Shown: piece by piece, positions 62,001 through 64,000 of the stretch
How positions within the stretch are numbered: the stretch's first letter is position 1
How the letters are laid out: every line of letters begins with the position of its first letter
Origin: Promethearchaeota archaeon
Lineage (GTDB): Archaea > Asgardarchaeota > Lokiarchaeia > Sigyniarchaeales > SOKP01
Reading direction: 5' to 3'
NCBI GenBank assembly: GCA_016839585.1
Contig: JAEOTZ010000058.1
Span: 96,001-160,000 of the forward strand
DNA: 64,000 nt
Made by a program: the position numbers and the translations under genes
The notes under the pieces: model-generated
Database searches by the model: none
What the model saw: the letters and a program-made list of their open reading frames with translations, nothing else
What the model was told of the DNA's origin: nothing

Positions 62001-62143
62001 TAAGAAAATCATTTGTTAATTCAGCCTTATGTAAAGGGTGTGGTACATGCGCTGCAACTTGCCCAAATGGAGCTATATCTATAATGCAATACGATTTTGA
62101 TCAAATAACTGCTATGATAGAATCATATTTATTAGAATTATAA
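59057..62143 (+). CDS. hdrA: Large Cys-type HdrA-like flavoprotein with two FAD modules
   Basis: GAGIGG...GGRMAQLDKTFPTNDCSLC, internal RIGVLICHCGINI domain, second GGGIGG module, C-terminal ferredoxin. Confidence 0.92.
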   Translation: MMEGSVLVIGAGIGGIQSALDLTELGFKVYLVDRTPSIGGRMAQLDKTFPTNDCSLCILAPKMVEVFRNPNIELMTYHEVQKLAGKPGDFTVTVLKKPRYVDEIKCKGCGDCAAKCPKIEVPNLFDMNLGKRKSVYIPFPQAVPPVYLIDPELCLKLTKGVCGVCAKVCQAEAIDFDQKPQEIELKVGAIVVATGFDMPAKNLSSRWGYHYENVVSALEYERILCASGPFGGHVLRPSDQKEPEKIAFIQCAGSRDLHEGVPYCSSVCCMYTAKEAIITKEHSDNSQCFVFRHDIRAFGKNFYEFTQRAQKEYGVKYFQTKISKIVEDPETNDLIIHYEDLKTGTFHDFQANLVVLATPLVPSTGSKDLAKILEIELDEYHFFKEKDYFNKSKSTKDGIYLCGFCQGPMDIPETVADASGVAGQVAAFLNSVKFDHIKEKLEVPELDIKATDEPRIGVLICHCGINIGKYVHVPLLAEYVRTLPNVVQCEDNLYSCSSDSQTRIKELIKDHKLNRFIVASCTPRTHEALFQETCQEAGLNKYLFEMVNIRDQCSCVHMDDAEAATQKAKDLIRMSVAKSRLLKPLKEELLKITPTSLIIGGGIGGMSAALNIAEQGFKTFLVEKESFLGGNLNYLNVLYPIEENASDFLNETIEKVNHNKNIQIFLNAKIGDIKGYVGNYIVSIVDSKNETHELSIGTIIVATGGKEYKPKDMFQYKKENKNVITQLELEQKLKEKGKSWLDDINRITTILCVNARQVEGITYCSNICCGNSIKNIGLLKKLKPELEIAVLYRDLQMAKKKYEEYYRERRKDAIFLRYDLDNIPIISKVNKDPEKYNIKFYDTNLQDFIEFNTDLIVLSTPMIPADNLEELAKMLKVPLDRNGFFLEAHVKLRPLDFATDGIFLCGCAQWPKNIQDTISQANGAAGRASRFLSAKEIKTSGIVAEVDPVNCIGCGKCESVCPYNAIDILESAKDYEEVSLIVRKSFVNSALCKGCGTCAATCPNGAISIMQYDFDQITAMIESYLLEL

Positions 62144-62161
62144 AAAATGTTGTAATATATT

Positions 62162-62599
62162 ATGCCAAAAGCAAAAACAAAAGTAATAAGAAAAGACTTT
62201 ACTCCAGAAATACTAGTTTTTTGTTGTAATTGGTGTTCGTATGCAGGAGCAGATTTAGCAGGGGTTTCCAGATTTCAATATCCCCCTAACATGAGAATAA
62301 TACGAGTAATGTGTTCTGGAAGAGTTGATCCTGCATTTGTAATAAAAGCTTTAAAAGAGGGAGCTGATGGAATACTCATCACAGGATGCCATATTGGCGA
62401 TTGTCATTATATTTCTGGAAATGAGTATGCTCAAGAAAGATTTGGACGATTACATGAAATAATAATTAAACAATTAGGTATTAATGAAAAAAGAGTCAGG
62501 TTAGAATGGGTAAGTGCATCAGAAGGAAAGCGGTTTGCTGATTTGATCACAGAATTTACAAACCAAATAAAGGAATTAGGACCTTTGAAGGTACTTTAG
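62162..62599 (+). CDS. mvhD: Cys-type MvhD [2Fe-2S] subunit
   Basis: FCCNWCSYAGADLAG, CSGRVD, GCHIGDCHY, WVSASEG. Confidence 0.95.
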   Translation: MPKAKTKVIRKDFTPEILVFCCNWCSYAGADLAGVSRFQYPPNMRIIRVMCSGRVDPAFVIKALKEGADGILITGCHIGDCHYISGNEYAQERFGRLHEIIIKQLGINEKRVRLEWVSASEGKRFADLITEFTNQIKELGPLKVL

Positions 62600-62812
62600 T
62601 TAAAACCATTTAAAGATTAAAGAAGAATCCTGTTTTTCTTATAAATCTTAATTTTTTAATACCTATTTAAGAATAAATTTTTTTATATAAACCTCAAGTT
62701 CCATATTATCATAGCTGAATTCAATAAAAAATAGGAGTTAATATTATTAATAACGATAAATGATAAGGAAAAATTTATCGATATTGATCAAAGTTTACTA
62801 AAGTGATAGCCA

Positions 62813-62842
62813 TTTATTGAAAGAATTTTTGCTTTCAATAAA
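62813..62842. promoter_or_regulatory. 11-bp inverted repeat upstream of the third hdrA
   Basis: TTTATTGAAAG-aatttttg-CTTTCAATAAA. Confidence 0.4.
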
Positions 62843-63030
62843 ATATATATGAAAGATTTTCAGAAATTTACTTTATTATTAATGGAATTCGACATTTTTG
62901 AGCATAATACTTAAATAAATGCTTTTACTTATCTTATGATTAGCACATATTTTCTTGACCGAATTGTTAAGAAATTTTTCCAATAAAATTGAATAATTAA
63001 GTTATTACATTGTTCTATGAGGTAATTTCT

Positions 63031-64000
63031 TTGGAAGGTTCTGTGTTAGTAATTGGTGGAGGAATGGCTGGAATACAAACCTCTTTAGATTTAACTGAAT
63101 TAGGGTTTAAAGTTTATTTAATAGAAAAAGAAGCATCAATTGGCGGTCATATGGCTCAATTTGATAAACAATTCCCTGCAAACGACTGTAGTTTATGTAT
63201 GCTTGCTCCAAAAATGGTTGCAGTTTATAAGAATCCCAATATTGAATTATTTACTTTATCTGAGATTAAAAAAGTTAGTGGAAACCAGGGAAATTTTAAA
63301 GTTTCGATAGTTAAAAATCCTAGATATGTTGACGAAACCAAATGTAGGGGTTGTGGAGATTGTACTGCGAAGTGCCCAAAGATTGAAGCTCCGAATATTT
63401 TTGACATGAATTTAGGAAAAAGGAAATCAATTTATATCCCTTTCCCTCAAGCAACTCCTCCTGTATATTTAATAGACCCGGAATTATGTTTATTTTTAAA
63501 TAGAGATGTATGTGGGGTATGTAAAAAAGTTTGTAAGGGTGATGCAATTAATTTTTATCAAAAATCTCAAGAAATTGAATTGAATGTAGGTGCTATCGTC
63601 GTTGCTACAGGGTTTGATATGCTTGGAGAAGAATTATCTTCAAAATGGGGGTATCAATATAAAAATGTGGTAAATGGTTTAGAATATGAAAGAATATTAT
63701 GCCCAACAGGACCATTTGGTACACATATCTTAAGACCAAGCAATGAAGAAGAGCCTGAGAAAATAGCATTTATACAGTGTGCAGGATCTGGTTATCAAGA
63801 AAATCAGATTCCTTATTGTTCCCGTGTATGTTGTATGTATACAGCAAAAAATGCAATTTTAACAAAAATTTATGCCGAAACTCCTCAAATTACAGTTTTT
63901 AGACATAATATTCGGGTTTTTGGTCGAGATTTTTATGAGTATACTAAAAATGCTCAAGAAGAATATGGCATTAAATATATTAACAGTAAGATACAAATTA
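63031..64000 (+). CDS. hdrA: Third HdrA-like protein, N-terminal part (runs off window; absent from ORF track)
   Basis: TTG start after GAGGT; EGSVLVIGGGMAGIQTSLDL...FPANDCSLCMLAPKM...CRGCGDCTAKCP; close paralogue of 59057. Confidence 0.9.
   Translation, partial: MEGSVLVIGGGMAGIQTSLDLTELGFKVYLIEKEASIGGHMAQFDKQFPANDCSLCMLAPKMVAVYKNPNIELFTLSEIKKVSGNQGNFKVSIVKNPRYVDETKCRGCGDCTAKCPKIEAPNIFDMNLGKRKSIYIPFPQATPPVYLIDPELCLFLNRDVCGVCKKVCKGDAINFYQKSQEIELNVGAIVVATGFDMLGEELSSKWGYQYKNVVNGLEYERILCPTGPFGTHILRPSNEEEPEKIAFIQCAGSGYQENQIPYCSRVCCMYTAKNAILTKIYAETPQITVFRHNIRVFGRDFYEYTKNAQEEYGIKYINSKIQI

Noticed and set aside
62813-62842. Second SECIS after the Cys-type mvhD
   Set aside because: Perfect hairpin without an AUGA/GA core, and the adjacent genes have no in-frame TGA in the visible sequence
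7076-63547. Other short overlapping ORFs in the track (e.g. 7076, 7516, 9838, 11243, 19791, 24507, 41586, 44118, 63225, 63320)
   Set aside because: They overlap confident CDSs on the opposite strand or in another frame and have no recognisable domain
1-64000. Genome-wide reassignment of TGA (genetic code 4/25)
   Set aside because: TGA terminates ordinary genes here (e.g. 4087, 7379, 21255, 59060) and Trp is encoded by TGG; read-through is limited to Cys-equivalent sites
52644-64000. Evidence for methanogenesis
   Set aside because: Hdr/Mvh/FrhB modules are widespread in non-methanogens; no mcr or mtr genes in the window
1-64000. tRNA/rRNA genes, CRISPR arrays, transposases or integrases
   Set aside because: No GC-rich structured RNA-like segments, regularly spaced repeats or mobile-element ORFs recognised by eye; a tRNAscan/Infernal run would be needed to exclude small RNAs

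Overview
AT-rich, gene-dense archaeal chromosomal segment, most consistent with an Asgard archaeon (Lokiarchaeia-like). This is inferred from the L10e-type uL16, Rag-like and MglA-like small GTPases, an arrestin-fold protein, HdrA/MvhD/FrhB genes and a eukaryote-like SECIS candidate. From left to right: housekeeping and chaperone genes (dnaJ, dnaK, divergent grpE); a B12 acyl-CoA mutase operon with isobutyryl-CoA-mutase-type specificity residues; a LutA/LutB-like Fe-S pair; and a ~16 kb putative lipid/glycoconjugate-modification island (two B12-radical SAM enzymes, sulfotransferase, deacetylase, UDP-galactopyranose mutase, two GT2s, membrane acyltransferase, two LuxE-like proteins, CDP-alcohol phosphotransferase, degenerate ADP-forming acyl-CoA synthetase subunit). 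Next is a cluster of eukaryotic-signature-like genes in which an arrestin-like protein and an FrhB-like oxidoreductase share a C-terminal domain, then an Hdr/F420 electron-bifurcation cluster. The ORF track fragments or misses the key genes of the Hdr cluster. hdrA (52644-54584) has three in-frame TGA codons and mvhD/vhuD (54589-55032) has two, all at conserved Cys positions. One AUGA...GA stem-loop (SECIS candidate) follows them, and Cys-containing paralogues of both genes lie in the same cluster. Two unannotated Zn/Fe-finger miniproteins were also found. No rRNA, tRNA, CRISPR array or mobile element was recognised. Family assignments come from motif recognition by eye, not database searches.
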